A stretch of DNA of 32,000 nucleotides from Candidatus Saccharimonadota bacterium (lineage in GTDB: Bacteria > Pseudomonadota > Gammaproteobacteria > Johnevansiales > Johnevansiaceae). The notes beneath the pieces were generated by a model, which was not told the origin of the DNA, searched no databases, and was given only the letters and a program-made list of their open reading frames with translations. The position numbers and the translations under genes are program-made. Positions 1 to 12,071 of the stretch are shown here, piece after piece. Numbering within the stretch: position 1 is the stretch's first letter; every line of letters begins with the position of its first letter. The DNA is taken from contig NC_018677.1 of assembly GCF_000300075.1 (NCBI RefSeq), positions 120,001 to 152,000 of the forward strand, read 5' to 3'.

Positions 1-740
<740 letters not shown>

Positions 741-783
741 AAAAAAAGTCTTTATGAATAAAGAAGTACTTAAAACAAGTAGT

Positions 784-856
784 GGGTCTGTAGCTCAGTT
801 GGTAGAGCACACCCCTGATAAGGGTGAGGGCGGTAGTTCAAGTCTGCCCAGACCCA
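784..856 (+). tRNA. tRNA-Ile (anticodon GAT) in the 16S-23S spacer; CCA not encoded
   Basis: Hand-folded cloverleaf: acceptor GGGTCTG/CAGACCC, D arm GCTC..GAGC, anticodon stem CACCC/GGGTG with loop CTGATAA, T arm GGTAG-TTCAAGT-CTGCC. Length 73 nt. No tRNA-Ala follows it in the spacer. Confidence 0.93.
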
Positions 857-880
857 AGAGTGAATGTATAAAATTAAAAA

Positions 881-3752
<2,872 letters not shown>

Positions 3753-3776
3753 TATATATGTTAAGTATAAAAAAAT

Positions 3777-3896
3777 AGCTTGACGAATATAGTTTGTGGG
3801 ACCAACCTGAAACCATTCCGAACTCAGAAGTTAAATCACCTAACGCCTATGGTAGTATGAGGTTCTCCTCATGTGAGAGTAGGTTATCGTCAGGCT
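3777..3896 (+). rRNA. rrf: 5S rRNA
   Basis: 120 nt that align by eye to E. coli 5S: ccgaactcagaagt.aaa, gatggtagt-like ctatggtagta, and catgtgagagtagg. Terminal helix gcttgacg/cgtcaggc. Confidence 0.9.
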
Positions 3897-4160
3897 AGTA
3901 ATTGTTAAGTACTTATGTTTGTATAATCATAATTTATATGTTTAATACTTATATACGTTTTTTATACGAAGATCTAAAAAATAAATACTAATTGCTTGTT
4001 TTATATTATATTTTTTTATAGTTATGTTTTTTTAGATTAGTTATGTGTTATTATTTTTCTGTTGTATAAAGTATTTAAATAATTGGTTTCATTTTTAATA
4101 AATTGTATCGTTAAAATTAATTTTATAGTTAATAAGATGTAGTTTTGTAGATGAAGTAGA

Positions 4161-4258
4161 GGAAAAAGCAAAAAGCAGAAAAAAGAAAGCAGGGGTAAGT
4201 GTGGAAAAAGCAGAAAAAAGAAAGCAGGGGTAAGTGTGGAAAAAGCAGAAAAAAGAGG
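4161..4258. repeat. 35-bp purine-rich tandem repeat, ~2.7 copies
   Basis: The unit gcagaaaaaagaaagcaggggtaagtgtggaaaaa is identical at 4175-4209 and 4210-4244. A partial third copy starts at 4245 and a partial copy precedes 4175. Confidence 0.9.
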
Positions 4259-5420
4259 AAGTTAGAAAAAAAAGAGGTGGAAAAGAAATATGTATTGTGG
4301 AGTGTGTTATGTAGTTAGAGTATGTGATTTGTGAAAAAAAATATATAATTTTATACTTATAAAATGTGTTTGTGATGTATATGTATAGTACTTGATATGT
4401 ATTATATTTACGGGTTTACGTTAAGTAGGTATGTACTGTATGTTATGATTTTTAACTTAATTATATGTTAATACATTGGTTATGTTTTCTTTATTAAAAG
4501 CTTTAATTAAATTTATTGTTGTATTATGTATTCTTAATTTATTTTTTAAAACTTTAAAGATTATTTTTTGTTGTATAAACTACATAAGATGATGTTTTAA
4601 CTTTTAACTTGTAATTTGTTTATTATTAGTAAGAGTTCGTTGTACAATAAGAAAAAAAAAATTCTCTTAACTTCTTAAGTTGGGTTAGTTGATTTTTTAT
4701 AACTCTTTATCTGTTGTTTGTTTTTAAAAACATTAAGATTGGGTGGTTTGATTTTGGATAGTTTATAAGTTGTTATCTGTTAGTTTATTTAGTATTTTGT
4801 TTTTAACTTCTTAAAATTCGTATTTGTCATATATTTATTTATATATAAACCATCCTCTTTTGTATTCTTAAGTTCATTTACCATAATAGTTGTATTCTTA
4901 AATGGAAGTTAGATAAGTAGATGTTGTTGGTATTGTTAGTTAGATGGGATTTGTTTAGTTAGTAGCATAATTGAAGAAAGAGTTGTATAAGAAAAATAGT
5001 TAAATGGTTAGAGAAGTTGATGTTAGTGTTTGTTGGTAAATTGGTTAGTAGAGGTTGGTAATTAGATGTTAGATGTTAGAGAAAAGTTGGTAGTTGGAAG
5101 CTTGTAATATTTATTAATTGGTAGATGTTTGAATGTTGGTTAGTTGATAGCATATGTTATTTAAACGTTAGTTTTGTGTACAGTTTAAAAATGTTATATG
5201 CAGTTTAAAAGTTAGTAGTAATAGGTGTTATTGTTGTAAAAATAAGAAAAAGTTATTTATTTTTGAAAACAAATTAGTTAGGATCAATAAGATGTTATGC
5301 TACATAATTATAAGTTTGTATTTAATAGACGATTATTGTTAGTTTGGTTTAAATTCGCTTTGTTTGTTAAAAGTGGTAATGTTGTTTATTTAAGATTTTG
5401 CTGTTATAGGTTATGTATAC

Positions 5421-5530
5421 GATGTTTGATGTTTGATGTTTGATGTTAGCTGTTAGCTGTTAGCTGTTAGCTGTTTACTGTTAGCTGTTTGCTGTTAGGC
5501 TTGGTGGTAGGTGGTAGGTGGTAGGTGGTT
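5421..5530. repeat. Contiguous period-7 arrays: (GATGTTT)x4, (GCTGTTA)x7 with variants, (GGTGGTA)x4
   Basis: Counted directly: GATGTTT units start at 5421, 5428, 5435 and 5442; GCTGTTA-type units run from 5449 to 5497; GGTGGTA units run from 5503 to 5530. Confidence 0.92.
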
Positions 5531-5576
5531 TATGGTTAGATGTTGATTGTTGATGTTTGTTCGATGTTTGTTAAAT

Positions 5577-5627
5577 GGTTAGAGGTTAGAGGTTAGAGTT
5601 GTTAGTTGTTAGGTGTTAGGTGTTAGG
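5577..5627. repeat. Period-7 arrays (GGTTAGA)x3 and (GGTGTTA)x2.3
   Basis: GGTTAGA at 5577, 5584 and 5591; GGTGTTA at 5612 and 5619, plus a partial unit. Confidence 0.88.
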
Positions 5628-5754
5628 ATTGTTTATTTGTTATTGTTTGTTAGATCTTTGTGGTAAAAAAAAGATGTTATATGGTTATTTAGAAAGTAGA
5701 GTAAAGATGTTGGTTGTTTAGAAAGTAGGTTGATTTGTAGATTTTATCTGTTAG

Positions 5755-5785
5755 TTGTTAGTTAGTAGAGGTTAAAGGTTGCTTT
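5755..5785 (+). repeat. Left copy of a perfect 31-bp inverted repeat (partner 7142-7172)
   Basis: ttgttagttagtagaggttaaaggttgcttt is the exact reverse complement of aaagcaacctttaacctctactaactaacaa at 7142-7172. The flanks (about 5742-5800 versus 7127-7195) continue to match imperfectly. Confidence 0.9.
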
Positions 5786-5803
5786 AAAGATTAAAGCTTT
5801 TAG

Positions 5804-5831
5804 AGTTTGTAGTTTGTAGTTTGTAGTTTGT
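5804..5831. repeat. (AGTTTGT)x4 heptamer array
   Basis: Units at 5804, 5811, 5818 and 5825. Confidence 0.9.
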
Positions 5832-6837
5832 TTTTGCTTTATTTATTTGAGTTTGTATTCTTGTTAATTATATTTGTATAAGGTTGTATTTATAGGTCGT
5901 ATAGTTGTATATTGTAGGTTTGTTGTTAGATGGTAGAGGATTATTAATTAGATGTTAGAGTTTTGTTTTTTATCTGTTAGAGGTTTGTTTTATGTTGTTT
6001 AAATGGTTGCTTTAAAAAAAGGTTTGGTAGTTGTAATTCTTAATACTACAAAACATTATATAAACAAATAGCAATTAATACGGTTTATAATAATAAAGTG
6101 TAATAGTATATAGTTATTACAAATGTAATTGATTCAACAGTTCTTTAACCAAAACAAAAAAAAACATAAATAACGCCACTTTTACATTTCAAAATAACAT
6201 TAAGCAACTAACATATTCCTAACACAACTATGTTTAATGTTCTCACTAACCTAACAACTTTTCCAACAAACATACCACAAATATAACATATTTTATCCTC
6301 TTTAAAGCAACAACTTTTTAACAAATATCAAACAACATCTAACAACTATTTCTATATTTTACTTACAACAACCTACATCTAATAAATAAATTTATATTTT
6401 ATATACAACACTAATTAGAGTTACTAATATACAACAAATAAAAAAGAAATACATAAAATTAGAAATTACATACAAAAAAAAAGTTAGTAGAATATATACA
6501 ACAATAAAAAATCAAAACAATAAACAAAAAGAACAGATAAGAAATAAAGATCTAACAAAAAAGAAAATACAAAAAGAATTAAAAAACTCTAACTTAACTC
6601 AAAAATCCAAACGGCAAAGAAAAAAGAGAATATCAAACCATCAAACTCTTAAAAAACAACCTCAAAACATCAAATAAATAAACCTCTAACAGACTTAAAT
6701 ACAAACTCTTACCTCTAACATCAAAACATATAAAATATAATAAGTAAACTCTAAAAAACAACAACTAACAGATAAAAAAAAACATCTTTAATCTTTAAAG
6801 CAACTTCTTTTAAATCTAATAAACAATAAAAGCAACA

Positions 6838-6899
6838 ATCAAACATCAAACATCAAACCTAACAACTCAAACCTCAAACCTAACAACTCAAACCTCAAA
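6838..6899. repeat. (ATCAAAC)x3 followed by a 21-nt (3x7) unit x2
   Basis: ATCAAAC at 6838, 6845 and 6852. cctaacaactcaaacctcaaa at 6858-6878 and 6879-6899. ATCAAAC is the reverse complement of the GATGTTT-array motif at 5421. Confidence 0.9.
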
Positions 6900-7016
6900 A
6901 GTCTTAAAAGCAAAAACAAACAAAAATCTAAAAAAACAACAAATTTAACAACAAACCTCTAATAATAAATAATACAAGCAAACATTTAAACAATTAAAAC
7001 TCTAACATCAAAACAA

Positions 7017-7107
7017 GCTAACCGCTAACCGCTAACCGCTAAACAACAAACAACAAACAACAAACAACTAACAACTAACAACTAACCGCTAACCGCTAAC
7101 CGCTAAG
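7017..7107. repeat. 13 consecutive in-register heptads with a drifting motif: GCTAACCx3, GCTAAAC, AACAAACx3, AACTAACx3, CGCTAACx3
   Basis: Read unit by unit from 7017. The register is never broken over 91 nt while the unit sequence changes stepwise. Confidence 0.9.
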
Positions 7108-7141
7108 CTCTAATAGATAAAACATCACCTCTTAAATCTTA

Positions 7142-7172
7142 AAAGCAACCTTTAACCTCTACTAACTAACAA
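7142..7172 (-). repeat. Right copy of the perfect 31-bp inverted repeat (partner 5755-5785)
   Basis: See the partner feature. The two copies are separated by 1356 bp. Confidence 0.9.
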
Positions 7173-7368
7173 ATAAGCTCTAATAGATAAAACATAATAA
7201 CAAATAAAAACCATAACAACTAAAAAGAAAGAACGAGTAATATAACAGAAACAGCTTTAAATAGACAAAAACAACAAAGAAATAAAAAAAAAGCAACAAA
7301 AACTAAAAGAAAAAATAACAGAATACGGCTAAAAACATAACAGCAAAGAAAAGAAAAACCATAATAAC

Positions 7369-7424
7369 TAAACAGTAAACAGCAAACAGCAAACAGCAAA
7401 CAGCTAACAGCTAACAGCTAACAG
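7369..7424. repeat. (TAAACAG)x2 (CAAACAG)x3 (CTAACAG)x3 heptamer array
   Basis: Units start at 7369 and continue in register to 7424. CTAACAG is the reverse complement of CTGTTAG, which is the GCTGTTA array at 5449-5497. Confidence 0.9.
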
Positions 7425-7925
7425 CTTAACACATAAAAACAAAAACAAAAAAAAGAACAGCTTAAAAAAAAAAAAGAAAAAAAAATAAGAATAAATTGTT
7501 TAAATCTTTTATCAGAAAAAGTACAAAATGTAGAGTTTAAGATATAACAGCAGTAAAAAAAAGAAAATGGTTAACAAGTATATATAAAAAAACAAAAAGT
7601 CAAAAAAAAACAGCAGTAAAAATTAAGAAGAGTAGAAAAGGATATAGTATAGTGAAAAGAAAACTGGAAGATATACAGAAGTGAAGTACAAAAAGAACAA
7701 TAAACTTGGTAAAAACATGTATTAGCAATGAACGTTGAAAAATGAAAAAATTAAAGGCATTAAGCATAAATCGTTATATAAAAAATATAGTGATAATGGA
7801 AAAACATAGCTTAGAAAAATTATAAGCAACGGGATAAAATACAAGAAGCTGAATAATGATAAAATTCGATAAAAAAAAAGCAACAGTATAGCCACAAATA
7901 GATTGTGAAGGAAATTAAGAAGATT

Positions 7926-9359
7926 ATGAAAAAAATACGCACACGTATTGCACCTTCACCTACAGGTACACCGCATATAGGTACAGCATATATTTCTTTA
8001 TTAAATTATTATTTTGCTCGTATAAACAATGGAAAAGTAATTCTAAGAATAGAAGATACAGATAGTAAAAGATCAAAAAGTAAGTTTGAAAACAAAATTT
8101 TAGAGTTATTACATTGGTTAGGGATTCAATGGCATGAAGGGCCAGATATCGGAGGAAAGTTCGGACCTTATCGACAAAGCGAACGGAACAATCTTTATAA
8201 TAAATATGTTGAGAAATTAATAAAAGTAGGTAAAGTATTTAAATGCTATCGTACAAGTGAAGAACTAGAAAAATTGCGTAAATGTAAAGTTGATAAAACA
8301 TTAAAAGAAAAAGATTTACAGTTAGATTATAAGGAATTAAAATTTCGTAAAAAACACAATTGGCCTTATGTAATAAGACTAAAGGTTCCTAATAAAGGAA
8401 AATGCGTATTTTATGATGTATTAAGGGGTAGTATAACAATGAATTGGGATCAGATTGATTCACAAGTCTTAATAAAATCTGACGGAACACCTACTTATCA
8501 TTTAGCTAATGTAGTAGACGATTATTTAATGGGGATTACTAACGTAATAAGGGGTGAAGAATGGATAACTTCAACTCCAAAACATAAGTTGCTTTATGAT
8601 TATTTTGGTTGGAAACAGCCAGAATTTTGTCACTTACCATTATTACGTAATCCAGATAAATCAAAATTATCTAAGAGAAAACAAAATAATTCTATTGAAT
8701 TTTATCGAAAAATGGGTTATTTACCCCAAACAATAATAAACTACTTAGGTAGTTTAGGTGGTGTAAAAACGACTAAATGGTATAGAAAAAATACAAATAT
8801 GAAAACTAAAGTTGATATAAAGAGTATATCATTAGGAGGTCCAATATTTGATTTAGACAAATTATCTTGGTTGAATGGAATTTATATACGGTCAATGAAA
8901 AATGAAACGTTAATTCAGGTTATGTATGAATGGGCTAAAGACTATATACATAAGATTTTACCAACAATTAAACCTCGTATAAAAATTTTAACGGATATTA
9001 TTCATTTATCAGAACAAGTGTTTTATGGATTACCTAAATTAAAAAAGGAAGATTTTAAAGTTATTGCTTTGAAAAAAAAATTACAAATAAAAGTACTAAA
9101 ACATTTATGGTTACAATTAGAATATATAGAAAAATGGGACAAACAAAATATATTATATAAGGTAAAACAAGTATCTAACCAGTTACAAATGAAAATGAAA
9201 ACAATAATAGCTCCAATTTTTATTGCGATAAATGGAAGATTAATTTCTACATCGGTTATTAACACTATAGTAATTCTTGGTAAAGATATAACTCGTATAC
9301 GCATAAAGCAGGCAATAAAATTAATAGGAGGTATAACACTAAAACATGAAAACAAATAA
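7926..9359 (+). CDS. gltX: glutamyl-tRNA synthetase
   Basis: MKKIRTRIAPSPTGTPHIGTAY matches the GluRS N-terminus and HIGH region (E. coli MKIKTRFAPSPTGYLHVG). A KLSKRK (KMSKS-type) motif is present. The ORF track starts at GTG 7905, but ATG 7926 aligns with GluRS N-termini. Confidence 0.93.
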   Translation: MKKIRTRIAPSPTGTPHIGTAYISLLNYYFARINNGKVILRIEDTDSKRSKSKFENKILELLHWLGIQWHEGPDIGGKFGPYRQSERNNLYNKYVEKLIKVGKVFKCYRTSEELEKLRKCKVDKTLKEKDLQLDYKELKFRKKHNWPYVIRLKVPNKGKCVFYDVLRGSITMNWDQIDSQVLIKSDGTPTYHLANVVDDYLMGITNVIRGEEWITSTPKHKLLYDYFGWKQPEFCHLPLLRNPDKSKLSKRKQNNSIEFYRKMGYLPQTIINYLGSLGGVKTTKWYRKNTNMKTKVDIKSISLGGPIFDLDKLSWLNGIYIRSMKNETLIQVMYEWAKDYIHKILPTIKPRIKILTDIIHLSEQVFYGLPKLKKEDFKVIALKKKLQIKVLKHLWLQLEYIEKWDKQNILYKVKQVSNQLQMKMKTIIAPIFIAINGRLISTSVINTIVILGKDITRIRIKQAIKLIGGITLKHENK

Positions 9360-9389
9360 AGAATATTATTCAAATAAGGTATAAAAAAT

Positions 9390-12038
9390 ATGAAAATAGC
9401 ATTAGATAATGTTAGTTATTTAGAAGAACTATACGAACAATACAAAAATAAAGGTAATGTTACTGAAGAATGGCGGCAAATTTTTGACTATATTACTAAA
9501 CAAGAATGCAGGTTTAAAACTATAAAAACATGTGAAAAAAACACAATAAAACAAATGAGCGTTTTGAAACTTATAACAAATTATCGCTATATGGGGCATA
9601 AAAAGGCACATATAAATCCAATAAGTGGTAAAAATAAAGTAAAGGCGATTCAATTGTCATTACACAAGTTAAATATAAAAGATTTAAACAAAGCATTTAA
9701 TAATGGAGTAGGTCAAAATAAATCAAAATTAAAAGAAATTATTGATGTTTTGGATAAAACTTATTGCAGCTCTATAGGATGTGAATTTAGGCACATTTTA
9801 AATAATGTGGAGATATTCTGGTTAGAGCAAAGTTTTGAATCTGTACTCAATAAATATTCACAAAAAAAAAATATAAGCTTGCATATTTTAGGATTAATTA
9901 CTGCAGCTGAAGCATTAGAAGCTTATTTATCTAGTAATTTTCCTGGTACTAAACGGTTTGGTATAGAGGGTGGAGAAACTTTAATTGCTATGTTGTATGA
10001 AACAATACAAAGAGCTGGTAATTATGGCATTAAAGAAATATTTATGGGTATGGCCCACAGAGGACGTATAAATGTATTAGTTAATATTTTGAGGAAGAGC
10101 CCAGCTGATATAATAAAGGAATTTGAAGGAAAACAAATATATGAAGCATATTCGGGTGATGTTAAATATCATCAGGGTTTAAGTTCAAATATAAAGACAA
10201 AAGGTGGTGATGTGAAGTTGAACTTAGCATTTAATCCATCACATCTAGAAATTGTTTATCCTGTAATAGAAGGAGCAGTTCGTGCTAGACAAGATTATAT
10301 GAATGATACGACAAAAGTATTACCTGTAGTGGTACATGGTGACACAGCATTTGCTGGGCAAGGTGTAGTAATGGAAACATTACAAATATCAAAAATAAAG
10401 GAATATAATACGGGGGGTACGTTACATATCTTAATAAATAATCAGATAGGTTTTACCACTTATAAACATAATGCACGATCTACGAAATATTGTAGTGATA
10501 TTGCAAAAATGTTTAATTATCCTGTTTTACATGTAAATGGAGATGATCCAGAAGCGGTTCAATATGTAACTCAAATAGCAGTTGATTATAGGAATAAATT
10601 CAAAAAAGATATGGTAATAGATATGATATGTTATCGGCGTAGGGGCCATAATGAAGCAGACGAGCCATCAATAACGCAACCAATTATGTACAAAAAAATA
10701 AAAAATAATCCAACAACACGTGAACTTTATTCAAAACATTTATTAAAACAAGGTTTAATATCAAAAAGTGATGTAAAACAAATGGTGAGTTTATATCGTC
10801 ATAAGTTAAATTATGATTCTAATAATAAAGCTTATAAAAAAACAACTGGAAGTATGTATAAATTTCATGAGGAGGATTTAAATGACACATCATTTTCAAT
10901 GAAGCGTATGCGTGAATTAGCTGTAAAATTGTGCGATTTAGGTGAACTGAAAGTTCAAAGTAAAGTTGCTAAGATTTACTCAAATCGGCGTAAATTGGTA
11001 AGTAGTAATAGTATAAAAATAAATTGGGGCTTTGCGGAGCTGTTATCATATGCCTCGTTATTGGATGAAGGATATGGAATACGTATAACAGGACAGGACA
11101 CAGGAAGAGGAACTTTCTCTCATCGTTTGGCAGTAATACATAATCAAAAAGATGGAGCGAGGTGGACGCCTCTGCAACATATAAAAAAAGGGCAACATAA
11201 GTTTACGATAGTAGATTCTTCTCTTTCAGAAGAAGCAGCTCTAGCTTTCGAATACGGTTATTCTACTACATCAAAAAATATGTTCGTAGCGTGGGAAGCT
11301 CAGTTCGGTGACTTTGCTAATGGAGCCCAGGTAGTTATTGATCAATTTATATCTTCAGGGGAAAATAAGTGGGGAAGTTTATGCAGTCTAACTTTATTAC
11401 TGCCGCATGGATATGAAGGTCAAGGTCCAGAACATTCTTCCGCGCGGATAGAACGATTTATTCAGTTATGTGCGGAACAAAATATGCAAGTCTGTGTTCC
11501 TACAACTCCTTCACAAGTATTTCATTTAATACGTAGTCAGGCAAAACGAAAAAACCGTAAACCATTAATATTGATGCAACCAAAAAGTTTATTGAGGCAC
11601 AAATATGCAAGATCAAGTTTTGAAGATTTATCTAATGGAAGATTTAAAACAGTAATTGGAGAAACGGAGAAGATCAAGCCAGATATAGTAAAAAGGGTAA
11701 TACTTACATCAGGTAAAGTATATTACGATTTAGTTGCTTATCGTAAAGAAAAAAATATTTATGAAACAGCTATTTTAAGAATAGAACAGATTTATCCTTT
11801 CCCAGAAAAAAGTATTATAAAAAAAATATCTATTTACTCTAAGTGTGAACATATTATTTGGTGTCAAGAAGAACCTAAAAATCAAGGCGCTTGGTATCAA
11901 ATAAAATACTTTTTAAATAAGAAACTTAAGATAAGACTAAAATTTGTAGGACGTACCTCTGCATCCGCACCAGCATCTGGTTATTTTGATGCACATCTTA
12001 AACAGCAGGCTAATTTAATAAAAGAAGCATTTTTTTAA
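9390..12038 (+). CDS. sucA: 2-oxoglutarate dehydrogenase E1 component
   Basis: 882-aa ORF with E1o signatures GMAHRGRINVL, HGDTAFAGQGVV, QFGDFANGAQV and LLLPHGYEGQGPEHSS. An aaggt sequence lies 9 nt upstream of the ATG. Confidence 0.95.
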   Translation: MKIALDNVSYLEELYEQYKNKGNVTEEWRQIFDYITKQECRFKTIKTCEKNTIKQMSVLKLITNYRYMGHKKAHINPISGKNKVKAIQLSLHKLNIKDLNKAFNNGVGQNKSKLKEIIDVLDKTYCSSIGCEFRHILNNVEIFWLEQSFESVLNKYSQKKNISLHILGLITAAEALEAYLSSNFPGTKRFGIEGGETLIAMLYETIQRAGNYGIKEIFMGMAHRGRINVLVNILRKSPADIIKEFEGKQIYEAYSGDVKYHQGLSSNIKTKGGDVKLNLAFNPSHLEIVYPVIEGAVRARQDYMNDTTKVLPVVVHGDTAFAGQGVVMETLQISKIKEYNTGGTLHILINNQIGFTTYKHNARSTKYCSDIAKMFNYPVLHVNGDDPEAVQYVTQIAVDYRNKFKKDMVIDMICYRRRGHNEADEPSITQPIMYKKIKNNPTTRELYSKHLLKQGLISKSDVKQMVSLYRHKLNYDSNNKAYKKTTGSMYKFHEEDLNDTSFSMKRMRELAVKLCDLGELKVQSKVAKIYSNRRKLVSSNSIKINWGFAELLSYASLLDEGYGIRITGQDTGRGTFSHRLAVIHNQKDGARWTPLQHIKKGQHKFTIVDSSLSEEAALAFEYGYSTTSKNMFVAWEAQFGDFANGAQVVIDQFISSGENKWGSLCSLTLLLPHGYEGQGPEHSSARIERFIQLCAEQNMQVCVPTTPSQVFHLIRSQAKRKNRKPLILMQPKSLLRHKYARSSFEDLSNGRFKTVIGETEKIKPDIVKRVILTSGKVYYDLVAYRKEKNIYETAILRIEQIYPFPEKSIIKKISIYSKCEHIIWCQEEPKNQGAWYQIKYFLNKKLKIRLKFVGRTSASAPASGYFDAHLKQQANLIKEAFF

Positions 12039-12071
12039 TTTAAAGCTAATAAAATAAAAAGGATAATAAAG

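Noticed and set aside
741-880. 16S-23S spacer carrying only tRNA-Ile and no tRNA-Ala
   Set aside because: The observation is real, but it is a common variant in reduced genomes and is not informative by itself.
6040-6150. Replication origin or terminus at the skew switch
   Set aside because: I found no DnaA-box-like TTATCCACA clusters by eye. Spacer polarity flips several times within 32 kb: G+T at 4300-6040, 14723-16100 and 31589-32000, and A+C at 6150-7450, 20880-21300 and 27780-29000. A single replication-linked switch cannot explain that. A genome-wide cumulative skew plot would settle it.
3897-7925. CRISPR array, insertion sequence or prophage remnant as an explanation for the 4-kb spacer
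   Set aside because: The repeats are contiguous microsatellites with no unique spacers of regular length. There is no transposase or cas-like ORF, and in fact no ORF at all. I saw no terminal inverted repeats or target-site duplications.
3897-7925. A single giant hairpin or palindrome centred at ~6050-6100
   Set aside because: Motif families are reverse-complementary between the halves, but their order is not mirrored. For example, the module at 5766 pairs with 7131, not with a position equidistant from the centre. It is not a simple palindrome.
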